Shown here one piece after another: positions 1 to 10,701 of a stretch of DNA of 64,000 bases; positions within the stretch are counted from its first letter, which is position 1; every line of letters begins with the position of its first letter. The notes beneath the pieces were generated by a model, which saw only the letters and a program-made list of their open reading frames with translations, was not told the origin of the DNA and made no database searches. Origin of the DNA: an uncultured Verrucomicrobiae bacterium (lineage in GTDB: Bacteria; Verrucomicrobiota; Verrucomicrobiia; Limisphaerales; Palsa-1400); NCBI GenBank assembly GCA_963707025.1, contig CAVPOM010000009.1, forward strand, positions 224,001 to 288,000, given 5' to 3'. Position numbers and translations under genes: made by a program.

Positions 1-1116
<1,116 letters not shown>

Positions 1117-1128
1117 AGGGGCCGTGTT

Positions 1129-1662
1129 ATGAACCAAAACTCTGATCCAAAACCGGACCAAACCGCCGCTTTCACCAAATTGTGGTCGGACTCCTGCGGG
1201 AGGATCCTGCAGGCGGCCATGTCCTACAGCCCGGAGACAGCGCCGCCGGAGTTGATGCGGCAAATTCGATCCGGCCTGATGCAGGCCTTGTCGCAATCCT
1301 GGGAGGAATTCTTGCGCTCCCCGCAGTTCCTGGAAGGGATGAAACAGATGATGGACCAGGCGGCTGCTTTTCAGAAATTCAGCGCCGGTTTTCTGACCAA
1401 GGCGCGCCATGCCACCGAAGGGGTGGCGCACGATGACGTGGAAGGACTTCGCACCGCGCTGGGCCAGTTGGAAAGCCGGCTGGCCCGCCAGATGGACGCC
1501 CTGTCCGGTCAGATCAGCCCATTGGCCAAAGCTCTGGAACGACTCAGCCCAGCCTCTCTCCAGCCAGGCCCGACTCCGCCGGCGCCCGTGCGCCAACCAA
1601 AGTCGCCGTCCAAAAAGCCGGCCGGCAGCGGACGATCGGTCCGGCGAAAGGGGCAAATTTAA
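1129..1662 (+). CDS. phaE: PhaE-like subunit of class III PHA synthase
   Basis: Helical protein (WEEFLRSPQFLEGMKQMMD; DDVEGLRTALGQLESRL coiled coil) with a Pro/Lys tail, between phaA and a ~360 aa phaC. Confidence 0.7.
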   Translation: MNQNSDPKPDQTAAFTKLWSDSCGRILQAAMSYSPETAPPELMRQIRSGLMQALSQSWEEFLRSPQFLEGMKQMMDQAAAFQKFSAGFLTKARHATEGVAHDDVEGLRTALGQLESRLARQMDALSGQISPLAKALERLSPASLQPGPTPPAPVRQPKSPSKKPAGSGRSVRRKGQI

Positions 1663-1677
1663 GAAAGGAGCAACGCC

Positions 1678-2769
1678 ATGCCCGCAAGTCAGCAACTGGC
1701 AAGTCCGTGGGTGCAATGGCAGCAGGCCGTTATGGCCGGGCAGTTCCGACAATTGCGGCGGCTTTCACGCCTGCCATTTCTCATGGAGAAAGCCGCCCGC
1801 ATCAAAAAAGGCGCGACGCCCTCGGACGTGGTTTACCAGGAAGGGCGCTTAAGCCTGCTTCATTATCGCGGGAGCGCGCCCGCGCGCCACCGCACACCCG
1901 TGGTGTTTGTTTTCGCATTGGTCAATCGCCCGTACATCCTCGACCTCAGGACGGGACGGAGCGTGGTGAGCCATTTTGTCCAGGCCGGATTTGACACCTA
2001 TTTGATTGATTGGGGCGAGCCGCGCCGGGCAGATCAAAACCGCACCCTGGATGATTGCGTCAACGGGTCGCTGGGGAATGTGGCGGACTTTCTGCGCGAA
2101 CGCTGCGCCGCGCCGCAAGTCAACCTTCTGGGCTACTGCATGGGCGGGACGCTCAGCGCCATGTTCACGGCGCTGCATCCCGACAAAGTTAAAAACCTGA
2201 TGCTGCTGGCGGCGGGCATTGACTTCGCCACCCGGGAAGGCCTGCTGAACCTCTGGACCGATGCCCAGTACTTTGATGTGGACAAATTCATTGACGCCTT
2301 TGGCAATTGCCCGGCCGAATTTCTGCAATCCTCCTTCCTCATGCTCAAGCCGGTGCAAAATCTGCTGGAGAAGCCGCTTAATTTCATCGAGAATTTCGAC
2401 AACGATGATTTTGTCGAGGACTTTCTGACCATGGAAACCTGGTTGAACGACAACATCGCCGTGCCGGGCGAAATCTTTCGTGATTTTGTCAAGTATTTGT
2501 ATCAGCAAAACCTCCTCGTCCAGGGACGGATGCCGGTGGGCGCGCGCACGGTTGATCTGCGGCGCATCACCTGTCCGGTGATGAACATCATGGCGCGGAA
2601 CGACGATTTGGTGCCTTGCGCCCAGAGCGCGCCGTTCAACGACCTGGTGGGTTCCACCGATCGCAGCTCCATTATGTTGTCAGCCGGCCACATCGGGCTG
2701 GCCGTCGGTTCCAAGGCCCAGCGCGAGGTCTGGCCGCAAGTGGTCAAATGGCTGGCCGAGCGGTGCTGA
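1678..2769 (+). CDS. phaC: Class III polyhydroxyalkanoate synthase catalytic subunit
   Basis: ALVNRPYILDL, lipase box GYCMGG, catalytic Asp in NDDLVP and His in AGHIGL; size typical of class III. Confidence 0.92.
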   Translation: MPASQQLASPWVQWQQAVMAGQFRQLRRLSRLPFLMEKAARIKKGATPSDVVYQEGRLSLLHYRGSAPARHRTPVVFVFALVNRPYILDLRTGRSVVSHFVQAGFDTYLIDWGEPRRADQNRTLDDCVNGSLGNVADFLRERCAAPQVNLLGYCMGGTLSAMFTALHPDKVKNLMLLAAGIDFATREGLLNLWTDAQYFDVDKFIDAFGNCPAEFLQSSFLMLKPVQNLLEKPLNFIENFDNDDFVEDFLTMETWLNDNIAVPGEIFRDFVKYLYQQNLLVQGRMPVGARTVDLRRITCPVMNIMARNDDLVPCAQSAPFNDLVGSTDRSSIMLSAGHIGLAVGSKAQREVWPQVVKWLAERC

Positions 2770-3105
2770 CAGCGTCAAGATTGACAGATCCAAGCCGGCG
2801 CCCGTATCCCGCCGGAGAATTCCCGGCATGGTTGCAGCCATGCCGCGAGCGCGGGGCAGATCCACTGGAAGGGTTACGACGGTTCCACTTGGCCCGATGC
2901 TAATAGCAGCAGGCATCGCGGCAGGAACAATTGTGGCGATTTCATTCATAAACAGCCGGAAACACGGTCAGGTCAAGAAATTCGAGAGAAAAAGCGGCGA
3001 TGATAATTTCTATGTTCAAGGATTTGGTGGCGAGTATCTGTACGGCGGCCAAGGGAGAGGGAGAAAACGCGGGAGGTTTCCCTTGCCAGCCGTGCCTTTC
3101 CCCAT

Positions 3106-4164
3106 TCACCCCAGCCACTCCGGATTATGGGTCGTGCCATCAAAGGTGGTGGTGGTCTTGAACGATTCATACTGCCCGTTGCCCGCCGCCTCTTTGGTGC
3201 GCGCCAGCAACGCCGCCACCGCCTCGGCGTCGAGCGGCTTGAAAGTGCGGCCCGCTTCCAGGGCCTGGTCCAGCAGCGTCAGGCTGTCGCACCCGGTGAT
3301 GACAGTGGAAGTCGGCAGGTTCATGGCGTAGTGCAGGCATTCGATGGCGGTGGCGGCGCCGCTGCGCACAATGGCCCCAAACGCGAGCGGCTTCATTCCC
3401 AGCACGCCGGTCTGCTCCTTCACCAGCCGGGGCACGACGTTCTTCTCGAAGCTGCGGAAATGCGCGTCCATCACATTCAACGGCATCTGAGCCGCGTCAA
3501 AATGAAATTGGTGCTCCGCCGCCGCGTCCAGCATCTTGAGGTGAATGGACGGGTCCTTGTGCCCGGTAAAGCCGAGGAAGCGGATTTTGCCCGCCTTTTG
3601 CGCCGCCACGGCCGCTTCCATGCCGCCGCCGGCGGCAAAAATCCTGGCCGGGTCCTCCAGGCGGATGATTTCGTGAAACTGCACCAGATCAATCCGGTCG
3701 GTCTGGAGGCGTTGCAGCGATTCTTCGATTTGCCGGGCCGCCGCCGCCTTGGTGCGACCGTCTATTTTGGTCATGAGGAAGGCCTTGGCGCGGTAGCCGT
3801 CGCGCAGCGCCTGGCCCATCCTGGTTTCGCTGGTTCCCCCGTTGTAATCCCAGCAGTTGTCAAGAAAAGTGATGCCGTTGTCAATGGCGGTGCGGATGAG
3901 GCGGACGCTTTCCTGCCCGGTCAATGCGCCCGTGCCGATGTGCCAGCCGCCCAGGCCGATGGCGGAAACCTTCTCCCCGGTGCGGCCGAGCGCGCGGGTG
4001 GGGATGGCGCCTGGCGCAGCCGCGCTCCAGGCGGTGGAGCCGACGCCGGCCGCCACGCCGCCGGCCACCGCCAGCTTGACAAATTCGCGCCGCGTCACCC
4101 CATCCTGTTGTCTGGCAAAGAAGCCGCCGGGCAAGCCTTTTTGAACAGGCTCGTGATACTTCAT
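3106..4164 (-). CDS. Aldo/keto reductase with Tat signal
   Basis: TRREFVK twin-arginine motif; IGLGG, FLDNCWDYNGG, SLQRLQTDRIDL, GKIRFLGFTGH. Confidence 0.88.
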   Translation of the reverse strand: MKYHEPVQKGLPGGFFARQQDGVTRREFVKLAVAGGVAAGVGSTAWSAAAPGAIPTRALGRTGEKVSAIGLGGWHIGTGALTGQESVRLIRTAIDNGITFLDNCWDYNGGTSETRMGQALRDGYRAKAFLMTKIDGRTKAAAARQIEESLQRLQTDRIDLVQFHEIIRLEDPARIFAAGGGMEAAVAAQKAGKIRFLGFTGHKDPSIHLKMLDAAAEHQFHFDAAQMPLNVMDAHFRSFEKNVVPRLVKEQTGVLGMKPLAFGAIVRSGAATAIECLHYAMNLPTSTVITGCDSLTLLDQALEAGRTFKPLDAEAVAALLARTKEAAGNGQYESFKTTTTFDGTTHNPEWLG

Positions 4165-4278
4165 ATCGCTTCTCATAAGGCTGGTTTTCCAAACCATAAG
4201 CTTCCCGCCCCGCCGCCGCAAAGCTTAATCAGACTCAAACTTGCCCGCCCGCGGGCCGCATGGCACGTTTCTCCCGAC

Positions 4279-5433
4279 ATGCGATTTGAATTTGCCACCG
4301 CCCAACGCATCATCTTCGGAGTGCAGACGGTGAACCAGGCCGGGCGCCTGGCCGGGGAATTGGGGCGTCATGCCCTGATCGCGGCCGGCCGGGACACCCG
4401 CCGGGCGGCCCCGCTGCTGCAACGGATGCAGGAGTCCGGCGTCGGCGCGACGGTTTTTTCCATTGCCGGCGAACCTGATCTGGAAACCGTCCGCCGCGGA
4501 ACGGCCCTGGCACGGCAGGAACATTGCGACCTGGTGGTCGGCTTTGGCGGCGGCAGCGTTCTGGACGCCGGCAAAGCCATCGCCGCCATGATGAGCAACG
4601 GGGGCGATCTTCTGGACTACATCGAAATCATCGGGCGCGGGCGAACGCTGCCCAAACCGTCCGCCCCGTTCCTGGCCATTCCCACCACAGCCGGCACGGG
4701 TTCCGAAGTCACCCGCAATGCCGTCCTGGCGTCCCCGGAGCATCGGGTCAAGGTCAGCCTGCGCAGTCCGTTTCTTCTGCCGTGCCTGGCGCTGGTGGAT
4801 GCGGAGTTGAGCCGCGATCTGCCTCCCGCCCTGACGGCCAGCACCGGCCTGGATGCGCTGACGCAACTGATCGAACCCTACGTCTGCGTGCGCGCCAACC
4901 CCATGACCGATGCGCTGTGCGAAGAAGGAATGCGCCGCATCGCCCGCTCGTTGCGCGCCGCCGTGGCCAAGGGCGGCGACGGCTCCGCGCGCGAGGACAT
5001 GGCCCTGGCCAGCTTATTTGGCGGCCTGGCCCTGGCCAATGCCGGACTGGGCGCGGTTCATGGCTTGGCCGGGCCGATTGGGGGAATGTTCCCCGCGCCC
5101 CACGGGGCGGTCTGTGCCGCGCTGCTGCCGCATGCCATGCAGGCCAACGTGCGCGCCCTGCGCCTCCGTCAGCCCGGCAGCCCGGCCCTGGCCCGTTACG
5201 AAACCGTGGCGCGCCTCCTCACCGGCAAGCCCCAGGCCGGAGCGGACCAGGGGGTGGATTGGGTGCGCTCGTTGGTGGCCGATCTGCCCATCTCCGGCCT
5301 GGGCCATTACGGAATCAAAAAGGAACACCGCGCCGAACTGGCCGCCAAAGCCGCCCAAGCCAGCAGCATGAAAGCCAACCCCATCGTCTTGACGCCCGCC
5401 GAACTCAGCGCCCTCCTGGAAGAAGCGTTGTGA
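4279..5433 (+). CDS. Iron-containing alcohol dehydrogenase
   Basis: Start MRFEFATAQRIIFG; GGGSVLDAGK, IPTTAGTGSEVT, GLDALTQLIE, GAVHGLA, HG motifs. Confidence 0.92.
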   Translation: MRFEFATAQRIIFGVQTVNQAGRLAGELGRHALIAAGRDTRRAAPLLQRMQESGVGATVFSIAGEPDLETVRRGTALARQEHCDLVVGFGGGSVLDAGKAIAAMMSNGGDLLDYIEIIGRGRTLPKPSAPFLAIPTTAGTGSEVTRNAVLASPEHRVKVSLRSPFLLPCLALVDAELSRDLPPALTASTGLDALTQLIEPYVCVRANPMTDALCEEGMRRIARSLRAAVAKGGDGSAREDMALASLFGGLALANAGLGAVHGLAGPIGGMFPAPHGAVCAALLPHAMQANVRALRLRQPGSPALARYETVARLLTGKPQAGADQGVDWVRSLVADLPISGLGHYGIKKEHRAELAAKAAQASSMKANPIVLTPAELSALLEEAL

Positions 5434-5464
5434 ACCGTTCTTGTGCATATAAGATGTGGGAGAC

Positions 5465-5728
5465 ATGGACAGATTAACGGTTTTCGGATTGTTCGCGGTG
5501 ACGGCGATGCTGGTTTTTTACGCGCTGGAGGCGCGCAGCCGGTGGTTCATCCTGGCTTTTGCGGTGGCTTGTGTCCTCGGGTCCATTTACGGATTTCTGC
5601 AGGGAGCGTGGCCGTTCGGAGTCGTGGAAGCCATTTGGTCTGGTGTTGCCGTGCGACGCTGGTGGTTGGCCGCTCAACCCAAATCGCCTCAGGCCAAATC
5701 CGGCGGCCCGCCATCATGTTCAACTTAA
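5465..5728 (+). CDS. Small membrane protein of unknown function (2-3 TM)
   Basis: GGGAG RBS; hydrophobic sequence with YGFLQGAWPFGVVEAIW. Confidence 0.7.
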   Translation: MDRLTVFGLFAVTAMLVFYALEARSRWFILAFAVACVLGSIYGFLQGAWPFGVVEAIWSGVAVRRWWLAAQPKSPQAKSGGPPSCST

Positions 5729-5791
5729 AAGGACACGCCTCCCTTTCCCGCGCTTGACAGAATGGCCCTGCTGCCCCGTAATGACCACCCA

Positions 5792-8653
5792 ATGACCACG
5801 CCCAAGCTTCCGACCGCCTTGCGGCTGTTGCCGGCGCTTTGTTGTGCCGCGCCGCTGATCGCCCTCCACGCCGCGTCAGGTGTGGTGGATAAAGGTTCGC
5901 TGCGCTTCTCCTACGATGAGCGCGGCATCGCCGGGCTGGGCAGCAAGGATGACCCTTTCGGCGCCGAGGTGACTTCGCCAGAGCAACCGCTGGCCCTCAC
6001 GGTGCATTACAAAACGGCGGGCGGCGATTGGATCACGAACCGAAACCGTTTCCAGCTCATCGTCTCCCCGGAAACCAACACGCTCAAATATACCCTCTCC
6101 GACTCCAACAGCCCCCTGCGGATCGTGCAGACGTTCAGCACCGACGGCGCGACGCTGGATTGGAACATTGACCTGGAAAATCCAAGCAACGGCGCGCTGA
6201 CCATTGGCGATCTGGCCATCAACATTCCCTCCGTCGGGCCAACGGGCGAGAATCCCCAACAGATTTTCGAGCACGGCTTCATCAAGCATCAATTCATCTC
6301 CGGCCACGGCTCGTTCCTTTACTTTGTGCGCGCCTCGGGCGCGGGACCGTTCCTCATCGTCACCGTCCGGCCCGGCACAAAATTGGAATACTTTGGAGGC
6401 GGGGGCGGACGCGGAGGCGGCGGGGCGGTTTATATTCACTCCGCCCTTACCGCCAACAACGAAAAACGCGGCACCTGGCGCCAGCCCAACACCTGGCTCA
6501 CCCTCGGGGCGGCGGGCGCCGGGAACAGCCAGGCCCATTACGCCTTCCGCCTCCAGTTCGCCAAAACTTACGATGCCATGCGTGAAGTCCTCTTCCGGGA
6601 AGGACTTTTTGACATCCGCGCCGTCCCCGGCATGACGGTTCCCATTGACCTGCCCGCCCGTTTTGCCCTGCGCACCCGGGCCAGCATTGAGGCCATCGAG
6701 TCCGAATTCCCCGCCGCCACCAAAATCAGTCGCCTGCCCGACCCGCAACGGAACACTTGCCTTTTCGCGGTCTCCTTCCAACGGCTTGGTGAAAACAGGC
6801 TCACGATCGTCCACGATGGCGGCCGCAAAACCTATCTGGAATACTTCGTCACCGAACCTCTGGAAACCCTCATCAAAAAGCGCAGCGCCTTCATCATCGG
6901 CCGCCAGCAAATCCACGATCCCTCCAATTGGTGGGACGGCGTTTTCGGGCCTTACGACATGAAGGCAAAAGTCGTGCGCACCATCAACGACCCGGATATT
7001 TTCGTCAAACGCATGGTGTACAATCTCACCTGCGATGATCCGGGCCTGTGCAAAGCGCCCTACGTCGCCGAGAAAAACGTCAGCTTTCCCGAGGCAAAGG
7101 AAATCCAGGGACTGGAATACTACCTGGAGCATTTCGTCTGGGGCAAACTGCAGCGCACCGGCGGGGAAAGGCCCTATCCCTACGGCGTCTATGGCACGCC
7201 GAATTGGTACACGGACCGCGATCCGGCCCGGCGCAAGGCCTGGTATGAGAGCTTGCAGGACCCCAAGGGCCTGGCCGATCTGAGCAAGGAACACGTCTGG
7301 CGCTCCTACGACTATCCCCACCTCGTCATGCTCTACTACCACCTCTACGAGATCGCCACAAAATATCCCAAAATGTCCCGTTACCTCGACGCCGCCGGCT
7401 ATCTGGACCGCGCCTGGCAAACCGCCCGCGCCTTTTTCACCTATCCCATGCAGATTTATCCCGAATACTACGAAACCTACAAATGGGGACTCTACAACGA
7501 ACTGGTCGTCCTCAAACTGGCCGACGCCCTGGAGCGCGAAGGCTTCCCCGACCGCGCCTCCTGGCTCCGGGCCGAGTGGGAAAAGAAAGTCAAGTATTTT
7601 GTCTATGACGACCCGTATCCCTTCCGCTCCGAATACGCCTTCGACCGCACCGCCTTCGAGTCCAGCTACGCCTTGGCCAAATACGGCGCCACCCACGACA
7701 TGCCGCCCGACACCAATCTTTGGTTCGATCCCAAACTGAAGAAGTGGTACTCCCATCCTTCGGTCAAAGCGGAGGATTCGCGCGCCTTTATGGACCGCCA
7801 GTTGGCGGCGGGACTTTGCGTGCGCGGCTGGCTGGAGGCCAGCTACTATCAGCTCGGCGCGGACGGGGGCGTCAGCTACATGGCCGCCATGGGCGGCTGG
7901 GGCATTCTTGACTACGCCCTGGATTTTGCGCCCAAACCGGCCGACTGGCTCCAACTGGGCTACGCTTCCTATCTCAGTTCGTGGTGCCTGATGAACAGCG
8001 GCCCCGCGCGAAACAACTACGGTTTCTGGTTCCCCGGCCAGGAAAACGACGGCGCGGCCGGCTGGCAATTCATCTCCGCCAAAGCCGGCAGCGCCTGGAT
8101 GTATTCCAGCTACTCCACCAACCGCTTCAACCCCATTCTGGAACCGCGCGGCCCGTGGCATTACGACGGCGAAATTGACCTCGGCTTCGGCGGCGCCTTG
8201 CGCAGCGCGGCCACCATCGTCACCTGTGATCCTGTCTTCGGCTGGTTTGCCTACGGCGGCGTCCTCTCCGCCCATGGCCAACATCTTTCCGTCATCCCCC
8301 GCGACGGTTTGCGTCAGCGCTTCGACGCCATCCTGCCGTCTTCCCCGGACGACTCCGCCAGCATCCGCCGCTGCAAGATGGCCCTTGACCGCGATGGTTT
8401 CGCCGCCGAAAAACCGGTCCTCCTGGACACCGCGCTCGACAACATCGCCTTCACCCTGGAAAACCGCACCAAGGACAAACACACCACGCGCCTGCTGCTC
8501 TCCTTCCCCGCCGGCGCGCCCTATGAGGTTACCCAGGACGGCCAGCGCCGCGCGCTCCACCACTGGGCCGACTGGGATTACCCGTGGTCCGCCGAATTGC
8601 AGGCGGGCCCCGGCTTGTCCAAAATCAAGATCACCCGCCTCCGCCCGCGTTGA
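5792..8653 (+). CDS. Secreted DUF5695-like protein, putative glycoside hydrolase
   Basis: Signal peptide; WRSYDYPH, PFRSEYAFDRTAFES, WHYDGEIDLG, VIPRDGLRQR motifs resemble DUF5695. Confidence 0.7.
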   Translation: MTTPKLPTALRLLPALCCAAPLIALHAASGVVDKGSLRFSYDERGIAGLGSKDDPFGAEVTSPEQPLALTVHYKTAGGDWITNRNRFQLIVSPETNTLKYTLSDSNSPLRIVQTFSTDGATLDWNIDLENPSNGALTIGDLAINIPSVGPTGENPQQIFEHGFIKHQFISGHGSFLYFVRASGAGPFLIVTVRPGTKLEYFGGGGGRGGGGAVYIHSALTANNEKRGTWRQPNTWLTLGAAGAGNSQAHYAFRLQFAKTYDAMREVLFREGLFDIRAVPGMTVPIDLPARFALRTRASIEAIESEFPAATKISRLPDPQRNTCLFAVSFQRLGENRLTIVHDGGRKTYLEYFVTEPLETLIKKRSAFIIGRQQIHDPSNWWDGVFGPYDMKAKVVRTINDPDIFVKRMVYNLTCDDPGLCKAPYVAEKNVSFPEAKEIQGLEYYLEHFVWGKLQRTGGERPYPYGVYGTPNWYTDRDPARRKAWYESLQDPKGLADLSKEHVWRSYDYPHLVMLYYHLYEIATKYPKMSRYLDAAGYLDRAWQTARAFFTYPMQIYPEYYETYKWGLYNELVVLKLADALEREGFPDRASWLRAEWEKKVKYFVYDDPYPFRSEYAFDRTAFESSYALAKYGATHDMPPDTNLWFDPKLKKWYSHPSVKAEDSRAFMDRQLAAGLCVRGWLEASYYQLGADGGVSYMAAMGGWGILDYALDFAPKPADWLQLGYASYLSSWCLMNSGPARNNYGFWFPGQENDGAAGWQFISAKAGSAWMYSSYSTNRFNPILEPRGPWHYDGEIDLGFGGALRSAATIVTCDPVFGWFAYGGVLSAHGQHLSVIPRDGLRQRFDAILPSSPDDSASIRRCKMALDRDGFAAEKPVLLDTALDNIAFTLENRTKDKHTTRLLLSFPAGAPYEVTQDGQRRALHHWADWDYPWSAELQAGPGLSKIKITRLRPR

Positions 8654-8667
8654 GGCGGATTTAATTT

Positions 8668-10701
8668 ATGAAAAGACATTCCCTATTATTGACATTGTGT
8701 TCGTTGCCGGTGCTTTTATCCGCCTGCCACGGCCCGCAGTCCGCCGCCCTGCCAACTCCGGCCCCCGCCCTGGCCCCCATTGATCCGCAAAAAGTCCGGG
8801 ACCAGCAGGACATGACCTGGGAGGACTATCGCCCGATTCCGGGGGTGGATTGGGCCGATCCTGCGCTCCAGCCCAAGCGCGGATTCAAAATGGCCCTGGT
8901 CGCGGTGGATTTCCCCGACCAGCCCTTCGTCATCACTCTGCCCAAGCATTCGGACCTTTTCGGCAACCCGCAGATTGACCCGGTGCCTCGCGAAAAAGTT
9001 CCCCAATTCTACGCCGATTTTTACAACAAGCCTTCCGCCGTCAACCACGGCCACACCATCAACGGCTACTGGATGGAGCAATCGCGCGGGCAGTTCGGCA
9101 TCACCCAGCTTGAGGCCTTTGGCCCCTACCGAATGCCCAAACACTTCTGGGAATACGGCCTCAATGAGATGGGCCAGAACATGGCCACCCCCACCGGCGA
9201 GCGGGCGAATGGCAATCTCGAACGCGACGCCGACGCCGCCTGGCAGGCTGACCAAGGAGCCAACATCTCCACCAACTACCGCCGCCCTTCTGGCGCCATC
9301 CTCCGCATCTACGCCGGCTACGACGAAACGGGAGTCTGGCAGGAATTCGGCGAAATGAAGTTCGAGACCCGCGACGACATCCCGGCGGCCTGGGGCAACC
9401 CCAATGCCAACCTGCCCCGCTGGGTCGTCAGCCGCTACGTCCCGTGGACTTCCTGGCTGGCCGGCGCGCAGCATTGGGGCCTTTCCAGCATCCGCCAGGG
9501 CGAAAACTCCGGCACCATCACCCACGAACTCGGCCATTACGCCTTCGGCATCGGTGACAACAATAATAATCCCTACGTCGAGCCTTATCGCCGGGTCGGC
9601 TCCGGCCCGTGGGACATGATGGATCGCGGCTCTTTCAACGGCCCCGGCGGACCGCACAGCCGCTGGGTCGTCCCGGCCACCCAGGGCGCCGCCATGCCGG
9701 CCGGGCTGATGCTGCGCAACAGAATCATCAACGGCTTCATCACCAATGGGCAGATTCTCCGCCTCAACCGCGACGGCCTGGCCCAATCCGGTCTGGCGGT
9801 CGCCACCGTCACCGCCCGGGCCGTTGCACCCAAACCCGGCGAACTGGCCGGCATCGTCGTCCTGCTGGATGGCGCCTCGCCCCATGACCGCACCCCGCCC
9901 GACGACGCCGCCACCAACGCCCTGTCCCCCGGCCGGCCACTCTACAACAACTACACCCTGGAAGTGGTCCAGCGCATCGGCTACGATTCCTTCTGCCCGG
10001 ACAGCGGGGTGCTGCTGGCCAAGAACAAGGACCGGGAAGGCACCTCCGGCGGCCCCAACGCCTTCAACCTCTTCAGTTGGGTGATTGACGCCCATCCCCA
10101 GGACATCAATATGATTGACTTCAAGCGGCCCAAGTCGGGCGCGCCCGTCATGCGCACCCTGGCCGACTACCGCCAGCTCAACGACGCCCTTTTCCACGCC
10201 GGCCTCAACTCCGGCAGCCAATACGAATGCGAGGACACCCCCAACCGCCTGCATTTTTATATAATTGACATCCTCCGGGACCCCCGGGGCATCCTCTCCT
10301 ACACCCTGGGCGTCCGTTCCCTCGACGGCTCCGGCCCGCAGACCCGCGGCGTGGCGGTGGAAGCTCCGGCTCCCCTCCGCCTGGCTGGCCCCGCCGCCGA
10401 CTGTGCGTTCCAGCTCCGCAACACCGGCGCTTTCGCCCTGAGCGCCGCCGGCCTCCATCCCCAGGATGCCACGCTTTTTTTGAACAACGACATTTACCGC
10501 CTGTCCGTCTCGGTGGAAGGGGCGGGCTGGACCGCCCAACTGCGCAACGCCCTGGCCGCCGTGGCTTTTGGCCAATCGGCCGCCGTGCCGGTCCAGGTCA
10601 CCCGCGCCGCCGGCGCCGCCGCCTCCGCCGTCGTCCGCCTGACCGCGCAATCCGAGAGCGACCCGGCCAAATCGGCCAGCGCCGCCTGCCGGGTCAGGTA
10701 A
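8668..10701 (+). CDS. M6 (immune inhibitor A)-like metalloprotease lipoprotein
   Basis: Lipobox LLSAC; zinc motif THELGH; GPWDMMDRGSFNG Met-turn; VDFPD. Confidence 0.8.
   Translation: MKRHSLLLTLCSLPVLLSACHGPQSAALPTPAPALAPIDPQKVRDQQDMTWEDYRPIPGVDWADPALQPKRGFKMALVAVDFPDQPFVITLPKHSDLFGNPQIDPVPREKVPQFYADFYNKPSAVNHGHTINGYWMEQSRGQFGITQLEAFGPYRMPKHFWEYGLNEMGQNMATPTGERANGNLERDADAAWQADQGANISTNYRRPSGAILRIYAGYDETGVWQEFGEMKFETRDDIPAAWGNPNANLPRWVVSRYVPWTSWLAGAQHWGLSSIRQGENSGTITHELGHYAFGIGDNNNNPYVEPYRRVGSGPWDMMDRGSFNGPGGPHSRWVVPATQGAAMPAGLMLRNRIINGFITNGQILRLNRDGLAQSGLAVATVTARAVAPKPGELAGIVVLLDGASPHDRTPPDDAATNALSPGRPLYNNYTLEVVQRIGYDSFCPDSGVLLAKNKDREGTSGGPNAFNLFSWVIDAHPQDINMIDFKRPKSGAPVMRTLADYRQLNDALFHAGLNSGSQYECEDTPNRLHFYIIDILRDPRGILSYTLGVRSLDGSGPQTRGVAVEAPAPLRLAGPAADCAFQLRNTGAFALSAAGLHPQDATLFLNNDIYRLSVSVEGAGWTAQLRNALAAVAFGQSAAVPVQVTRAAGAAASAVVRLTAQSESDPAKSASAACRVR

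Noticed and set aside
3127..4278. N-terminal extension making a 768-aa alcohol dehydrogenase 'fusion'
   Set aside because: The extension is antisense to the aldo/keto reductase; the real start is 4279
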